Positions 39,205 to 55,709 of a stretch of 64,000 nt of DNA are shown piece after piece (within the stretch, counting starts at the first letter, position 1; each line of letters starts with the position of its first letter). Both the position numbers and the translations under genes were made by a program. Source of the DNA: the human T2T-CHM13v2.0 reference genome, Homo sapiens; the NCBI RefSeq assembly GCF_009914755.1, contig NC_060944.1; one strand, given 5' to 3'. The notes under the pieces were generated by a model that was not told the DNA's origin, made no database searches, and was given only the letters and a program-made list of their open reading frames with translations.

Positions 39205-39585
39205 TCGTGTCAGTTTGCGAAGGCTCTCATATGGGGGGCCACAGCCAGGGTGGCTTAAAGAACAGAAATGTATGGAGGTAAAAGTCTCAGATGAAGGTGT
39301 CATCAGGGTTGGTTTCATCAGGGCCATGAGGGAAGGACCTGTTCCAGGCTCTTTCCTTGGCCTGTAGATGGCCGTCTTTTCCCTGTGTCCTCACACCATT
39401 CCCTCTGTTGGTAACAGTGCCTGAATATGATGACACCAGTTATATTGGATGAGACCCCACCCTAATGGCTTTAATTAATGACCTCTTTAAAGACACTATC
39501 TTCAAATGCAACCTCATTCTGAGGTACTGGGGGTAAGGACTTCAACATTTGAACTTAGAGGGAAGAGAGTCCAGCCCACAACAGG
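39205..39585. mobile_element. MLT1-like LTR
   Basis: gggtggcttaaagaacagaaatgtat...acaccagttatattggatgagacccc...cattctgaggtactgggggtaaggacttcaaca. Confidence 0.7.
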
Positions 39586-40589
39586 CATGACCCGTGGCTC
39601 TGCCCTTGGCTAACCATAGGACCGTTAACCAGCCACTTGGTGTCTTCATGCCTTCACTCCTAACCTCTCATGTGGTTGTCGGGGAAAATAACTGAGATAA
39701 TGTACATGAGTACTCAGGGCACTGCCCAGCGCAACAGTCAGCCCTCAGTAAGTGTCAGCCATCACTAGGGTTTATCCTTATTTTACAGGTGAGCAAACTG
39801 AGTCTTAAATGGGCTCCACAGCTTGCTGGAGACCCCACAGCCAGAGAACAACAGGTATAGCAGGGCCTGTAACTCATGTCTGCCTGTCCCCAAGACCAAG
39901 CTCTCATCCACAATCCTATGCTGCCTCCTTCACAATATTACACAGAAGGCAGCTGTGTGCCTACAAAGAAGTCAAGCTATATTCCCCTTTCTGTGAGATG
40001 AAGGATACACAACCCAATCCATCTCAATTCTTACCAGCTTCCCAAAGCGTGAAACGAAACTTCCCAGCCCTGCCTCTAACACCTTGTGAGAGGAAGAACT
40101 TACTCTGTCACTATCTGGTGCCCAGCTCTGTGAGCACACCCCAGAAATGCCTCAGATCCTCTACCCTCCCCAGGAAGATAACAGTGACAAGGATGACCAG
40201 GCCAGGGCCCAGAGGTAACTTCTGTCTTCAGCCCTAATCCTGTGTCCCATATGGATGCGTCCTCAAGCCCATCCATGGGTGTTAGAGCTAAAGTGTTTTA
40301 ACCTACCAAGAAAAAAAAAATCCTCAGACTATAATAAAGGCAAGGTATCTTACCATGCAAATTAAGAGGTTTTTCATAAATAAAAGATTCATGCTCTTTG
40401 GGTACTTTTGCTACATTTTTAATACTTCCTCCAGCACACTGGCTCACTACGCTGGCTGGTCATTTGAATTACCTGGAAAGTTTTAAACACCGCTGAGGCC
40501 AGGGCCCATTCCTAGCAACTCTCAGTTCCCTGCTCTGGTGGTTGGCCTGAGCACAGGGCTTTTGCCACCTTCCCAGGTGATTGCACTGT

Positions 40590-40915
40590 GCAGTCAAGGC
40601 TGGGGACCTCTGCTTCGCGAGGACACCTTGTTTTCTTGTAGTGATGTTAACTCCAGTCTCTGCCTCCTCCATCTCCACATGCCTTTCACTCTGTGTGTCT
40701 GTATGTCTTCACATGGCATTCTCCTTGTTTCTAGGCCCTCTTAGTATAATGACACCAGCTGTATTGGATTGAGAACCCATCCTAATCTAGTATGACCTCA
40801 TCTTAACTAATTACACCTGTAGTGACCCTATTTCCAAATAAGGTCACATTCTGAGGTACTGGAGGTTAGCGCCTTAATATATCTTTCAGGACAGCACAAT
40901 CCAACCCATCATAGT
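40590..40915. mobile_element. MLT1-like LTR fragment
   Basis: gtatgacctcatcttaactaattacacctgtagtgaccctatttccaaataaggtcacattctgaggtactgg. Confidence 0.7.
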
Positions 40916-41409
40916 GGTAAATAAAATAATTCTCAGTGGCACAAGAAATAATTTTACACAATCAAGGACATCATAGATTAATAAACCAGTATTTTTAGCA
41001 ACATGTTAGTTTTGTGTTTTATGCTCCTTTTCTTGCTCTCACTTCAAGCAAAGACGTCCCTCACCATCTTTGGAGCAGGTTTCCCCTTTGCTCCCCTTTC
41101 TCCTGGCCCCTCCCACCCCAGCACAGTCAATGCTAATTAACAGCTGTTTAATTATCAGCCCAGCAGGGAAGTGATCATGGCCCAGGTCCTCAGAGAGTTA
41201 TATGCACAGTTAAGTTGTCCCAGATACTGGAAGATTGACTGTGTTATGTGACCATAGGGAGAGGCAATGCGGCTTAGTCGAAAGTTCATAGCATTGAGAA
41301 TCCATCAACCTGATGACTCTGCCATGTTTTAACTGTTGGACAATGGCTTCCAAACCTTTTTTTCCTCAACCGTAACAATACCAACCCCACAGTTTTGTTG
41401 GGAAGATTA

Positions 41410-41710
<301 letters not shown>

Positions 41711-41939
41711 TTAATGTAGTAAAAGTACCTTGTTAAGTATACAATCATATGCAAATGCACAGGGATGTTTTCTGCTTCATCTTAGCATGGTCATAACTGG
41801 CACATCATAGAGAGACTAGAGGTGGGTAAGGGATGGGTAGAGTTGCTTGAGCAACATTTGTGCACAAATGTCAAATTAAGGTTCAAAAGTTGAACTGGAA
41901 TTGTGAAATAGCCATCTGTTCATTTTAAAGAAAATATTA

Positions 41940-44812
<2,873 letters not shown>

Positions 44813-46301
44813 TTTTTAAATGTTTAAAAGATATTCTCATAGAAATAATAGTGATACCCAGTAACAAAGACTTCTACTTTCTTATGTTTTTTATTTGTAC
44901 AAACGTGTAAGCCAACGGTCCTATTTGAGGAAGCGTTCTAAAACTAAATACAGAAGTGAACTATACGTTATTTTCTGAGAAGGGGAATAATTAAGTTGTA
45001 TGCATGTTATTCGTATCACATCTAAATGGTAATAAAAGGTATAGTGTATGGAAGGCTAAAATTCAGAGAAGGAGGAAGAGAGAATAAGTCAGTGACCTTT
45101 TAGTAATAATGTGAAAATATAGTTTAGACACTCGGAAATATTTCTCTGACATTAAGGGCTTTATCATACATGGAATTGTAACACTGCAGTCTTTCCCAGA
45201 GGTCTTCTAAAATAGTTTATAACCCAATCTGTCCGGTCATGGTAATTTTATTTATAATGGAAAACAATCTAAATGACTAATAAGAGGGAAATGGATAAAT
45301 TGTGGTATATGACTCTGGAACATTTAGGTAGCCATTAGTATTTAATTTTACTTAAATTTTAATTTTAATTAAAGTATGATAGCTAAGTAGCAGCATATTA
45401 CAATTCTTATGGTAGGATACTCAGTGAAAAAAGAATTCACAACTTTATAGTATGATTACTACTCTTTAAAAATTAGGTATGAATATGAATTAAGATTGAA
45501 TGAGAACCCAGAACAATAAACATGATTAATGGGGTTATATGGTATCATTGTGGGGAAAAAAAAAAGTTTTCCAGTTATTTGTGTGTAACAAGTGAAAGCA
45601 TATATTGTTAAAGGTGTTCGTCTCTTTCAAAGTGTAACTGTGGACAAGAAGATAAACTGACAGACTCAGAAAGCCCCCTTCAGTCTCAAGACTCCTAAAT
45701 TGCTGAGTTGCAAGGAGGCAGTGCCCAGAGAATGCAGCATTCCTAAGCATCACTAGTTTCCATTAAAACCTAATTTATGGAATTAAAAATTAATTTCATG
45801 GAAATGAATTTGAGCAGTCTTTTCATTAGAGCACACTTGGTCTAAATGAGTTTGGAGTGGTTGTAATAGCCATTCCTGCACTGTTATTTATAAAGGTGAA
45901 ATCTGATGTGAGTATTTTTGTTCTTACGCTACTGAGAAACAACATATTGCTTAGAGTTTTCAAACTTCCATGTGATAGTTGCTCTTGCTCCCCGAAGATC
46001 CTCTCAGGGAAGTTATTTACGACAAGGAGTCCCATAGAATGGGAATCCCTCAGTGAAAGTCAACCAAGGCCTCCGATTAGTGAGTAGAGCAGATAAAGGC
46101 CTCTCGTTGTGGAACCAAAATGGGAAGAGGCAATGGCCAAAGTGAGACACCTTCTTTCCCAAGTGCAAGAGGCACTCTTGCTTCCATAGTGAAAGAAGTT
46201 TGCGAGATGGGTGTATCTGATGGCTATGTTTCCAGGTGGAGAACTATACATTTACTTCAACATTTTAAACATTCTGTTAATGAATATGCACATGTGTGCA
46301 C

Positions 46302-46306
<5 letters not shown>

Positions 46307-46338
<32 letters not shown>
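46307..46338. repeat. (CA)n microsatellite (~16 units)
   Basis: Perfect CA run followed by a short (GA)n. Confidence 0.95.
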
Positions 46339-46341
<3 letters not shown>

Positions 46342-48273
46342 AGAGCTATGGGAATATGCTGCACAAATCTCTGACTTCAGGGAAAATAATTGACCAAGGC
46401 CCCCAGCTGCTGCACTCTGAAATCTGTCACTGTGCCAACAAGGCCACACTCCCCCCAGTGACTGCGAGCAGCAGGGGAACTCAGGCAGGCCCATTTCTGG
46501 GAGACACAGGGCTCCTCAAATTTAATCCCCAACAGTTTTACCAAACCATCCTTAGAGTACAGGGGAATCAAGGATGAATTTGCCCAACTTTGTTCACTGT
46601 TCTTTACTTGGGGTCAGACTTACATCACAGTTTCTTGTATTTTTCTCTCATAAAATACTTGCACATTTAATCCCATCTTGGCAATGGCTTCCTAGAGGAT
46701 ATACATGTGTGTGTGCATATATATGTACATATGTGACAGTATGACACACACATATATACACACATACACATATATATTTATATATATACACACATACATG
46801 TGCATAAGTATATATATATATGTATATGTACCTTTGAATCATAATTTATCTCCATTTGATGGGCACTAGTTAGGTCCAAATTTTTGCCGTTATAAAAATA
46901 CCCATCTATCCCATTTTTCTAATTATTTCACATTTCTTTGGGGAGATTTTTTTTTAAGCTTGCCACAGTGACTGTGACTGTCCTTTGTTGGAATACCTCC
47001 AAAGAACTCCCAGAGCCAATGCCACACTTAACACTTGTTTTCCACATGTATAGATTTTCTGGTGTGGCTTCAATTTCTCTGGTAAATGAGCTTCAGGCCT
47101 TCTCATGTCAGTGTGCAGAGTAAAGAAGTGAGGATCTAGCCTTTCACAGGATCCTCTGCAAGGCAGTGCAGTAAGGAGGGGAAGGGTTTTCTGCCACGTC
47201 TGTGGTCTCTTCATTCTTCTCTTCCTGCCGTCATTCTCGACCTGGGCCCTGCTGTCCTTCTCTCATCTGGTATCCATTAGAGTTCTTGATTACAAGCAAC
47301 AGAAATGGATTCTGCTTCACTTCAACCAGAGAGAAGTTGTCAGGAAGATATCGGGGGCTCACAATCAATGGGCAGCTGGAGGATCAGTCTTGAAAGCTCC
47401 GGGGCTGGGTTGCAGGAACATAGTGAGGATCTTTTACTAGAAGAGCCTGGTGAGGGAACCTCCAGGATAAATGGGCTCCAGGGGATCTTGGTCCTTGCTT
47501 CACCTTCCCAAGATTCAAATCCTGGGAAAGAGACACCCACAGAGGCACCCCTAAGGCAGAGGGAGACTCTAATGCCTGCAGCAGGCGGGCACCTAGAACT
47601 TCACTCCACCAACACAGAACCTGATGGATTGGAAGTAATTCCCCCAAATACACTGGGGAGATTTGGGAAGAGGAAAAAAAATGTTGGGCTACAAAATATA
47701 ATAGTAATATCCAGCAGCACCCTTTTATATATGTGCATAATCCTTGAGTTTGTACATGTTCAGAGACTGGCCACAACTGTTGCATGATAAATTAGTCTTT
47801 GTCCAAGTGAAAGCAAGTTTCCTGATTAAGACAAAGCCTAGCCATTGCCAGAAGCTGCTTGAACTAACTCAGCTCCTAAATTGCATTTACATCCAAGAGC
47901 TTGGGGTTCTTTCTGGCTGTCCAAAATTGAAATGTTGTCAGTGCAAGGACACACCATCCATCAATTTCTTCTCAGAGGTTCCTCTCTACCTTCTAGGACT
48001 TTGCTATGGCATTTGTTGGCTCTCCATGCTGGCCTCATTGTTTGTCTGTTTGTTCTTGTCTTGGGGAAGTTTTCTTTTTCAGCAGATTCTCAAACGTGAT
48101 AGCACTGTCAACAAATTAAAGACTGGGAAGCCATCCAGAAAAATTATACATGCTGTTTTCACTCTCTCTCTTCCTGAATCCACATCAGTCCTCTCTCCTT
48201 AATAGAAATGTTCCATTGTTTTATTTCACTTAATGACCCCTACCACATTATCTTCTTTAAGAATACTTTACTC

Positions 48274-48572
48274 AGCCAGGTGCGGTGGCTCATGCCTGTA
48301 ATCCCAGCACTTTGGGAAGCCAAGGCTGGTGGATCACCTGAGGTTGGGAGTTCAAGACCAGACTGACCAACATGGAGAAGCCCTGTCTCTACTAAAAATA
48401 CAAAATTAGCTGGGTGTGGTGGCACATGCCTGTAATCCCAGCTACTCAGGAGCCTGAAGAAGGAGAATTGCTTGAACCTGGGAGGCCAAGGTTGCAGTGA
48501 GCCAAGATCATGCCATTGCCCTCCGGCCTGGGCAACAAGAGCGAAACTCTGTCTCAAAAAAAAAAAAAAAAA
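48274..48572 (+). mobile_element. Alu (S-like)
   Basis: TSD aagaatacttt(a/t)ctc. Confidence 0.95.
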
Positions 48573-48685
48573 GAATACTTTTCTCTATCTAATTCTTACT
48601 TTAGGGAAACTCACTTTGAGTCATCACCAAAGCCTGTCTGTTCAGTGCAACCATAAGTAAATGCTCTCATAAAATAATGGTAACG

Positions 48686-48837
48686 GGTCAGGCACAGTGG
48701 CTCACGCCTGTAATCCCAGCTCTTTTGGAGGCTGAGGCAGGCAGATCACTTGAGCTCGGGAGTTCGAGACCAGCCTGGGAAACATAGCGAGACCCCCCCC
48801 CAATCTCTACAAAAAAATACAAAATAATAATAATAAT
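48686..48837 (+). mobile_element. Alu left monomer (FLAM-like)
   Basis: Single arm, A-rich tail, TSD aataatggtaa. Confidence 0.85.
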
Positions 48838-48989
48838 GGTAAGGTGAGCATGTATATGAGATGAACTTGCTTTTGCCAAAGAAAAAAATACACCTGATAT
48901 ACAAATGAAATTTGGATTCATGGAAACAAATTCCAGAAGACAGAATGTTCAGATTATATTCAGGTAATATGTCAGCATTGTCATTCCAG

Positions 48990-49103
48990 GTAAAGATGGC
49001 TTTGCAGCAGGAAGGATTTGACCGAAAAAAGCGAGGTTACAGAGACATCAATGAGATCGACATCAACATGAACGATCCTCTTTTTACAAAGCAGTGGTAT
49101 CTG
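48990..49103 (+). CDS. PCSK2: PCSK2 coding exon (probable exon 3; VKMALQQEGFDRKKRGYRDINEIDINMNDPLFTKQWYL), prodomain end with RKKR cleavage site
   Basis: Translation matches PC2 as I recall it (about residues 95-132). Acceptor tcattccag|GTA, donor CTG|gtgagt; 114 nt, phase 0/0. Confidence 0.97.
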
Positions 49104-49992
49104 GTGAGTGTCTTTATGTCCTTTTGGACATTTCCCATCTTGAGACTCTGGATAAAAGATGAATTCCTGTATCCTCATTATTCACTAGGATGTTAGCCAG
49201 TATCCAACCCAGTGACCCTCTCTGTCCCCTTACATATGTATTGATTTTCTGTCACCACCTGTGCATCTAGTTCTCTAATCTGCTTTCTTCTGGAACTGCT
49301 AAGTAGCCCTTGTCTCCTAGGGTGGAGGCTATGACCAACAACTAGTGGAATTCTCTTCAGTTCTGAAAAAGTGCACCAGTGTATGACTGAAGATTAGCAA
49401 AACTATATAAAAGTCAAATCAGAGGTCTGGGAAGAGTAATGCAGGGGTTTCAACAGACAGAGTAACAGGGGACATAATGAAGTCACAGGCCTAAAAGAAA
49501 GGATCCAATGACTTTGCAAGGGGCTAGCAAGAAAGCTTGGAGACTAAAGTAGCAAAAAGAGCTTCTATTAATGCTTCCTAAAACAATGGCAGGAAATCAA
49601 TTCCATGGGGCTTAACTGATGCAGGCCTGGAGGCACTAAAACCCATTTTGCCTGGTGAAGTGAGCATTTTGTGGGTCACCAACAGTTCATCATGATCCAT
49701 TTGGATTGGCCAAGCTATGTTTAAAAAGGGATCAGTGACTCCAAACCAACCTGAACTGCAGGGCATATTGACAGAAAGGGAGTGACTAATTCGTAAATGT
49801 GAATGAAGCTTTATTTTATTTAAGATTAAAAAGTGATGAACAAGAGAGAGAACTAAATTACAGACTTGTGGACGGCTACATTACAGGAATTCATCACAAT
49901 TTCCCTTCTGGGGCTTCAGAGCTTGACTCTGACTTATGCTTTTTGGCATGGAAGTCCGAAAATCCAATATGGGTAATTGAATGAGTGTACTT

Positions 49993-50390
49993 GTATTAGT
50001 TAGGATAGGCTAGGTTTGTTGCAATAATGAACAACCCTCGGATCACAGTAGCTTATCAAAAGCAAGGCTTGTTTCTCACTTTTGCTACACGACTAATGCT
50101 TCATAATTGCTCAGAAACGCAGGCTGACCAACCTCCATCTGAGCTCCATTCCCACACTGCTTTCATAAGCCCTTCAGCAAGGAAAAGGGGCAAATTGTAG
50201 AATTTTTAAAAGAAACTCTTAAAGCTTCTGCCTGGATGTGAAAAAATGGCACATGAGATCACATGTCATTGGCCAAAATCAGTCATCCGCCATTCTAACT
50301 TCAGAGTGGGTGGAGAGGTGTGTAGTCTTAACATGTCTCTAGAAGAAAGAGCACAGTAAATTTTTTAAAGAGCCCCAATGACAATCATAC
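49993..50390. mobile_element. Old MLT1-like LTR
   Basis: tgtattagttaggataggctaggtttgttgcaataatgaacaacc...cattggccaaaatcagtca. Confidence 0.65.
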
Positions 50391-51195
50391 AATGTTTTAG
50401 CAATATCATAACAGCCACTGATCACTGTGGGCTTTTGCCAGTACAAGCTCTGACTTCATTATTTTTTTTACAATCCATCCTGGAGAAAACCTACACAGTA
50501 CAAAGACACATGAAGATTGGGAGTGGACATATTACTGTGGAATTGCTCTTTGTTTTCCTTTCTTTCTTCTCTGAAATATTTTTGGGGGCCAGGATGAGGA
50601 GCCTTAGGATTTATTTTTCTGCATTAGAACATGCACTAAAGGTGAGCCAGTTTTCTTTAATTCAGTTCAACAAATACTTTTGAACAAGACTTAGTGTGGT
50701 GGCACTGAAATTACAAAGATTAACTAGGACATGTCATCTCCTGCAAAAGATATTGTTATTTAGTAAGAAGTTATATTCAAATAAGAATAATCCAAAACAA
50801 TATGCTGTAAATTCAAAACATGAGGTAGAAACAAAGAGCTATGAAAGTGAGCATTTAATTCTAAATCAGGGAGGGTTTCCTGCAATAGCAGCTCTCTTAT
50901 GGAAAAAGTTTAAAGATAGTGATCTAGTTATAAGATATTAGGGGATTGAAACTATGTTTGCATATTTACAGAAAACAGAAAACACAAAGTGTTTATACCA
51001 AAAAAAAAAAAAATGGAGAGGAAACACTATAGGTAGGTTGGGAGGGACACCCAAAAGTACTGTTTCATGGAAGATGTGGCCTTTGAGCTGGTCCTGAAAT
51101 ATTAGATGGCTATAGAGTATGTCAAGTAAATATGTACATGGGTGCTTTACAACACCAAACTAATACCATTCTCTGCTTTGAAATTCCTGTACCAG

Positions 51196-51304
51196 ATCAA
51201 TACTGGGCAAGCTGATGGCACTCCTGGCCTTGATTTGAATGTGGCTGAAGCCTGGGAGCTGGGATACACAGGGAAAGGTGTTACCATTGGAATTATGGAT
51301 GATG
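51196..51304 (+). CDS. PCSK2: PCSK2 coding exon (probable exon 4; INTGQADGTPGLDLNVAEAWELGYTGKGVTIGIMDD/G), subtilase catalytic Asp
   Basis: Kexin/subtilisin S8 motif GKGVTIGIMDDG. Acceptor gtaccag|ATC, donor GATG|gtgagt; 109 nt, in frame with the previous exon. Confidence 0.97.
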
Positions 51305-51639
51305 GTGAGTATTTTGAAGCCTGTGCCTCATTTGGAAATAAGCGTGCCTTTGCTTGCCTTTTGATAAAAGTTGTATTGTTTTGGAGATGCTAACCAGAGA
51401 TGGAACAGCAAGATACTGGGCATGATGGCCACACTGCACTGTGCCCAGATCTTCACCTTTCTTCCAATCAGTGGTCCTCAAACTTGAGGTTGCACTTAAC
51501 AAATATTTTTTGAATTAATAAATAATAAGCTAAACAAATGAATAAATGAAAGCTGCCTATCACTCAACCATAATTTCTTACTGCTTACACTTTACCTTAA
51601 AATGTCCTCTAAACTCTTTATATTCACCATCAATTTCTC

Positions 51640-51850
51640 TAGACTCACACTATCCAATGTAGTCACCACTAGCCATATGTGCCTATTTAACTTTACATTT
51701 TAATTAATTAAAGTTAAATAAAATGTAAAATTTTATTTCAATTCCTCAATCACACTAGCCTCAAGTTCTTGATATCCACATGGGGCTAGCAGCTGCTGAA
51801 ATTCAATTCCATTTTCATCATCACAGATAGTTACATTAGCGTGACTCTAC
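51640..51850. mobile_element. MER3-like hAT MITE
   Basis: tatccaatgtagtcaccactagccatatgtgcctatttaa...ttcctcaatcacactagcc. Confidence 0.65.
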
Positions 51851-52989
51851 ATCCATAAAACAGCTTTTCAGTAACAGGATTGGAGCTTGGGGAAATTTGA
51901 CTTTATTGCTGCTTTCAGAATGAACCCTTGTAAAGTAGCCTTTGATAACCTTTTATTACAGACATCCCTTACATGTTATTCAACCTGCGTGCCTACCAAA
52001 GACTTAGCAGAGCTTCATTTTCTATAGTTTGTGATATGAAAACCAATGGGCTTGATGAATTGGCATTTTTCCAACTACACACGTCCTTGGCCCTGCCAAG
52101 ATTGTGGAGAATTGCCGCCTGTGGTCGTTTCACTGGGGATGTGTTGTTGCCCTCCATCACCCATCTGGGTCTGCCAGCAAAAAGCTCTACTGTGCATTAT
52201 TGACCCAATTATATACAAAGGCTACACAGAGATGAAACAGTTGAGCCTTTCCCATCTGAAGATCCTCAAAGAACAGAACACTATGTTCCTTAAAGTGAGG
52301 TTTTGAAGCAGAAATGACAGAGGAAACCAAGAGGAGCCAGCCTGCTTAAAACCTGAGTTGTCTTTTGTGGGCTCATTAAATATCAACATAAAAACAATGC
52401 CTCAATGTTTTTTGATGTGTGAGACATTTTTAAGTGGATGTAAAACCTTCCTCCAGAGGCCAAGGGCTCTCACAAGAAGAAAGGAGCCCTGCATGAGAGT
52501 GTGTGTGCTCAGATGTCAGGAGTTTATAAATGTTTCTTCTTTTCTCACACTTGTTCTTGAAAACTGTTCCAAAGGGGTTCAGGCCAGCTCACCCAGGAAA
52601 ACAATGCATCAGGATTTGGGGAAAACCTACCTAGGAGATATTGTCATGACCATTTCTAACAGCATATCCTACTGGGTATCCCCAGCCGGGGATCAGAGAA
52701 GCCACCCTAAAAGTGGCACTAAAGTGCCAACAGATGTGCATTGCTCTGCTCTTAGGAAACCTCCAAGAGTACTGTAGATGCCCATTTCAGAATACTTTAA
52801 CTGAAAGCTCTTTGACTGACTCCTAAAGTCATTGGCTCCTGACTCATTTCCACATGCAAAGGCAAGCCCTTTAGAAAGTCTCAGCAGAATTTCTCATTTG
52901 ATGTTCTTTCTTCAGCTGATTAATGGCCTTTGGGTTCCCACAAAAGTAAACTCTGCCCCCCAATTACAATTCCTGGTTTCTTCTTCATT

Positions 52990-53470
52990 TTAGTCAATTA
53001 CTGCTGCAGAACAAAGAATCCCAACATTGAGTGGTTTAAAAAACAACCATATTATTATCTCTCACGGTTCTGTGGGTTGCTGGAGTTCAGCTGGGCAGTT
53101 CTGCAAGTTCCACTGGAGTCTATCATGCAGGTGGAGTCAGAAGGAAGTTGACCCTGGAGTCAACTAGAGGCTCCAATGGGAGGCTGAAAAGGCTCAGCCT
53201 CCCTCCCTTTCCATGGAGTCTGAGGACCTCTCCTCTCACATGAGGCCTCCAGCAAGGTAGATGGATTTCTTATAGGTGGCTCAGGACTCCCAAGAGTAGG
53301 CCTTCCAAAAGAGAAGAAGCAGAAGCTGCCAGTCCTCTTAAAGGCTAGACCTGGAATGGGCACCGGTAACTCTGCCACTTATGTTGGATGAATGGTCCCA
53401 GGGCCAATCCAGATTCAAGTGGAAAGGAAATAAACTCTGAATTTGTGGCCATTTTTAATGCATCACATGC
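52990..53470. mobile_element. MLT1-like LTR
   Basis: tagtcaattactgctgcagaacaaagaatcccaaca...ggccaatccagattcaag...tttgtggccatttttaat. Confidence 0.7.
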
Positions 53471-54672
53471 TATTCCATATGATAACTGAAGAAAAGTATC
53501 CAAGTTCACTGTTGAATAGCAAAATGAGCACATTTGGGACAAGGGCAGCTCCCCACATGGTGAGGACAAGGACAGATGCTCTTGCCATGTAATTGGCCAT
53601 CTCTGTCCTCACAGCTAGAACCGGGAAGGCTGGCAACATCAGTACTGCATTCTCTCTCTTAACGACCTGCACGCATGAATGGTATGGTGCCATGTCCCAG
53701 ACATTTTCTTGGCAAGATATTCCAAAATAAGGTTAAAGACAGACACAGATGCCAACCCTGATACCTAAGGGCAAAACTAATGTCATATTCTATCAACATT
53801 GTCTCTCCACATGTTGGCCTGTGTGGCAAATGTTCAATCATCTGCGTGCAGAAGTTTAAATTTGTGGACAGCCAGTTTTAATCACTGCCCTCCCATCTCT
53901 GGTTGCCCAACTCCAAACTCAGCCATCATCCCCTCTGCTGGATCCAGTGACTCAATGGATGCTCAATAAATATCTGCTGCCTTCACGTAGGTACAAAGCA
54001 ATGTCATTTCCACATGCTACATATCACTAGGAGAGGACCTCCATGGTTAGCTGCTGTCTAAAGGGGCAGAAATTATTTCTTAAGGGTCTACTAGGACATT
54101 TCACCTATGTAGATATTAGCAAGGACCCCATTTAATGATGACAACTTCCGCCCTTTTACTGTAATGGAATTGTTTAGAGTTGGGAACTTGACCTGGAAAA
54201 TGGAATGTGATCATGACAAGATACAGGGATGGACAAGAGTCATCCAGCCCAAGAGTAATTCAGGGCAGATGGCTGGTTCTCAAGATCACACAAGATCAGA
54301 GAAGGCATGGGTCAAGGCCCTTAGCCATTATCAGATGGAGCCAAGGAAGTGAGATGGAAGGCCAGCGAGCTAAGGTCAGAGGGAGCTTCAAGCTGAAGTA
54401 AGAATAAACAACTAACAGTAAAAACGACGAACATTTATTGAGTAATCACTATGTGCTAGACACTGCTTAGCATTTTGGAAATACAACCACAGTTATTCCC
54501 TAAGGTTGGTATTATTATAATCGCCATTTTACAGATGAAGAAACTGAGGTTTAGGGAGGCAAGAAACTGCCCAAAGTCTCACAACTAATTCTAACCACCA
54601 TTCTTGGTACTTGAAACCTAATCCTTTGCTCTGCCTTCCTGGTGAGACTTTATGAATGGGAGCCTCATTCAA

Positions 54673-54811
54673 AATAGCATTAGGAGATATACCTAATGTT
54701 AAATGACGAGTTAATGGGTGCAGCACACCAACATGGCACATGTATACACATGTAATTAACCTGCACGTTGTGCACATGTACCCTAAAACTTAAAGTATAA
54801 AAAAAAAAAAA
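54673..54811 (+). mobile_element. Young L1PA extreme 3' fragment (~135 bp)
   Basis: atagcattaggagatatacctaatgttaaatgacgagttaatgggtgcagcacaccaacatggcacatg...cttaaagtat followed by poly(A). Confidence 0.92.
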
Positions 54812-55021
54812 TGACACCACCAGGATGTGGAAATTCTCCAGGACAAAAGACAGTTTTTTCAATAAATTCAAATAAATAAATAAATAAAAGATTCAAACCT
54901 GAGGACCACATAGTCACCCACACCCTTCTGAGAGATTTAGAACTCTGCATCACATAGAAAACAGTAGGAAGGTCCAGCAGGGTGACTGCTCCAGTTACTT
55001 TTGCTGCATAACAGATAATCC

Positions 55022-55353
55022 TGTATTAGTCCATCTTCACATTGCTGATAAAGACATACCCAGACTGGGTAATTTATAAAGAAAAAGAGGTTTAATAGAC
55101 TCACAGTTCCATGTGGCTGGGGAGGCCTCACGATCATGGCGGGAGATGAAACCGTGTCTTACATGGCAGCAGGCAAGAGAGAGAGTGAGAGCCAGGTGAA
55201 AGGAGTTTCCCCTTATAAAACCATCAGATCTTGCGAGACTTATTCACTACCACGAAAACAGTATGGGGGAACCCACCCCCATGATTTAATTATCCCCCAC
55301 CGGGTCCCCCCAACAAGATGAGATCTGGGGGAGGACACAGCCAAACCATATCC
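55022..55353. mobile_element. THE1-like LTR inserted in an MLT1-like LTR
   Basis: tgtattagtccatcttcacattgctgataaagacatacccagactggg...gacacagccaaaccatatc. Confidence 0.85.
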
Positions 55354-55709
55354 AACCCCAACACTTAGCAGCTTGAAGTTGCTATTTATCTTTAATCATG
55401 ATTTTGTGGCACAAGAATCTGGGAAGAGCCTGGCTGGGCACTGCTCACTCAGTGTTGCTCATGCAGTTATGATGTTAGCTGGGCTGCAGTCTTCTGAAGG
55501 CCCCGCTGGGCTGCACATCCATGATGGTGCACTCCTATCGCTGGTGGTTGTTGCTGGTTGCCACTGGAGCTCAGCTGGGACCGTCAAAAAGAGTGCCCAC
55601 ATATTGTGCTTTACTATAGTTTGGTCTTGATGTCTTACTCACCAGAGTGGCTATAAACTCTATCCTGCCCCAACAGGACTCCAGGGGATTGGCTGTAGAT
55701 GTTTACAAT

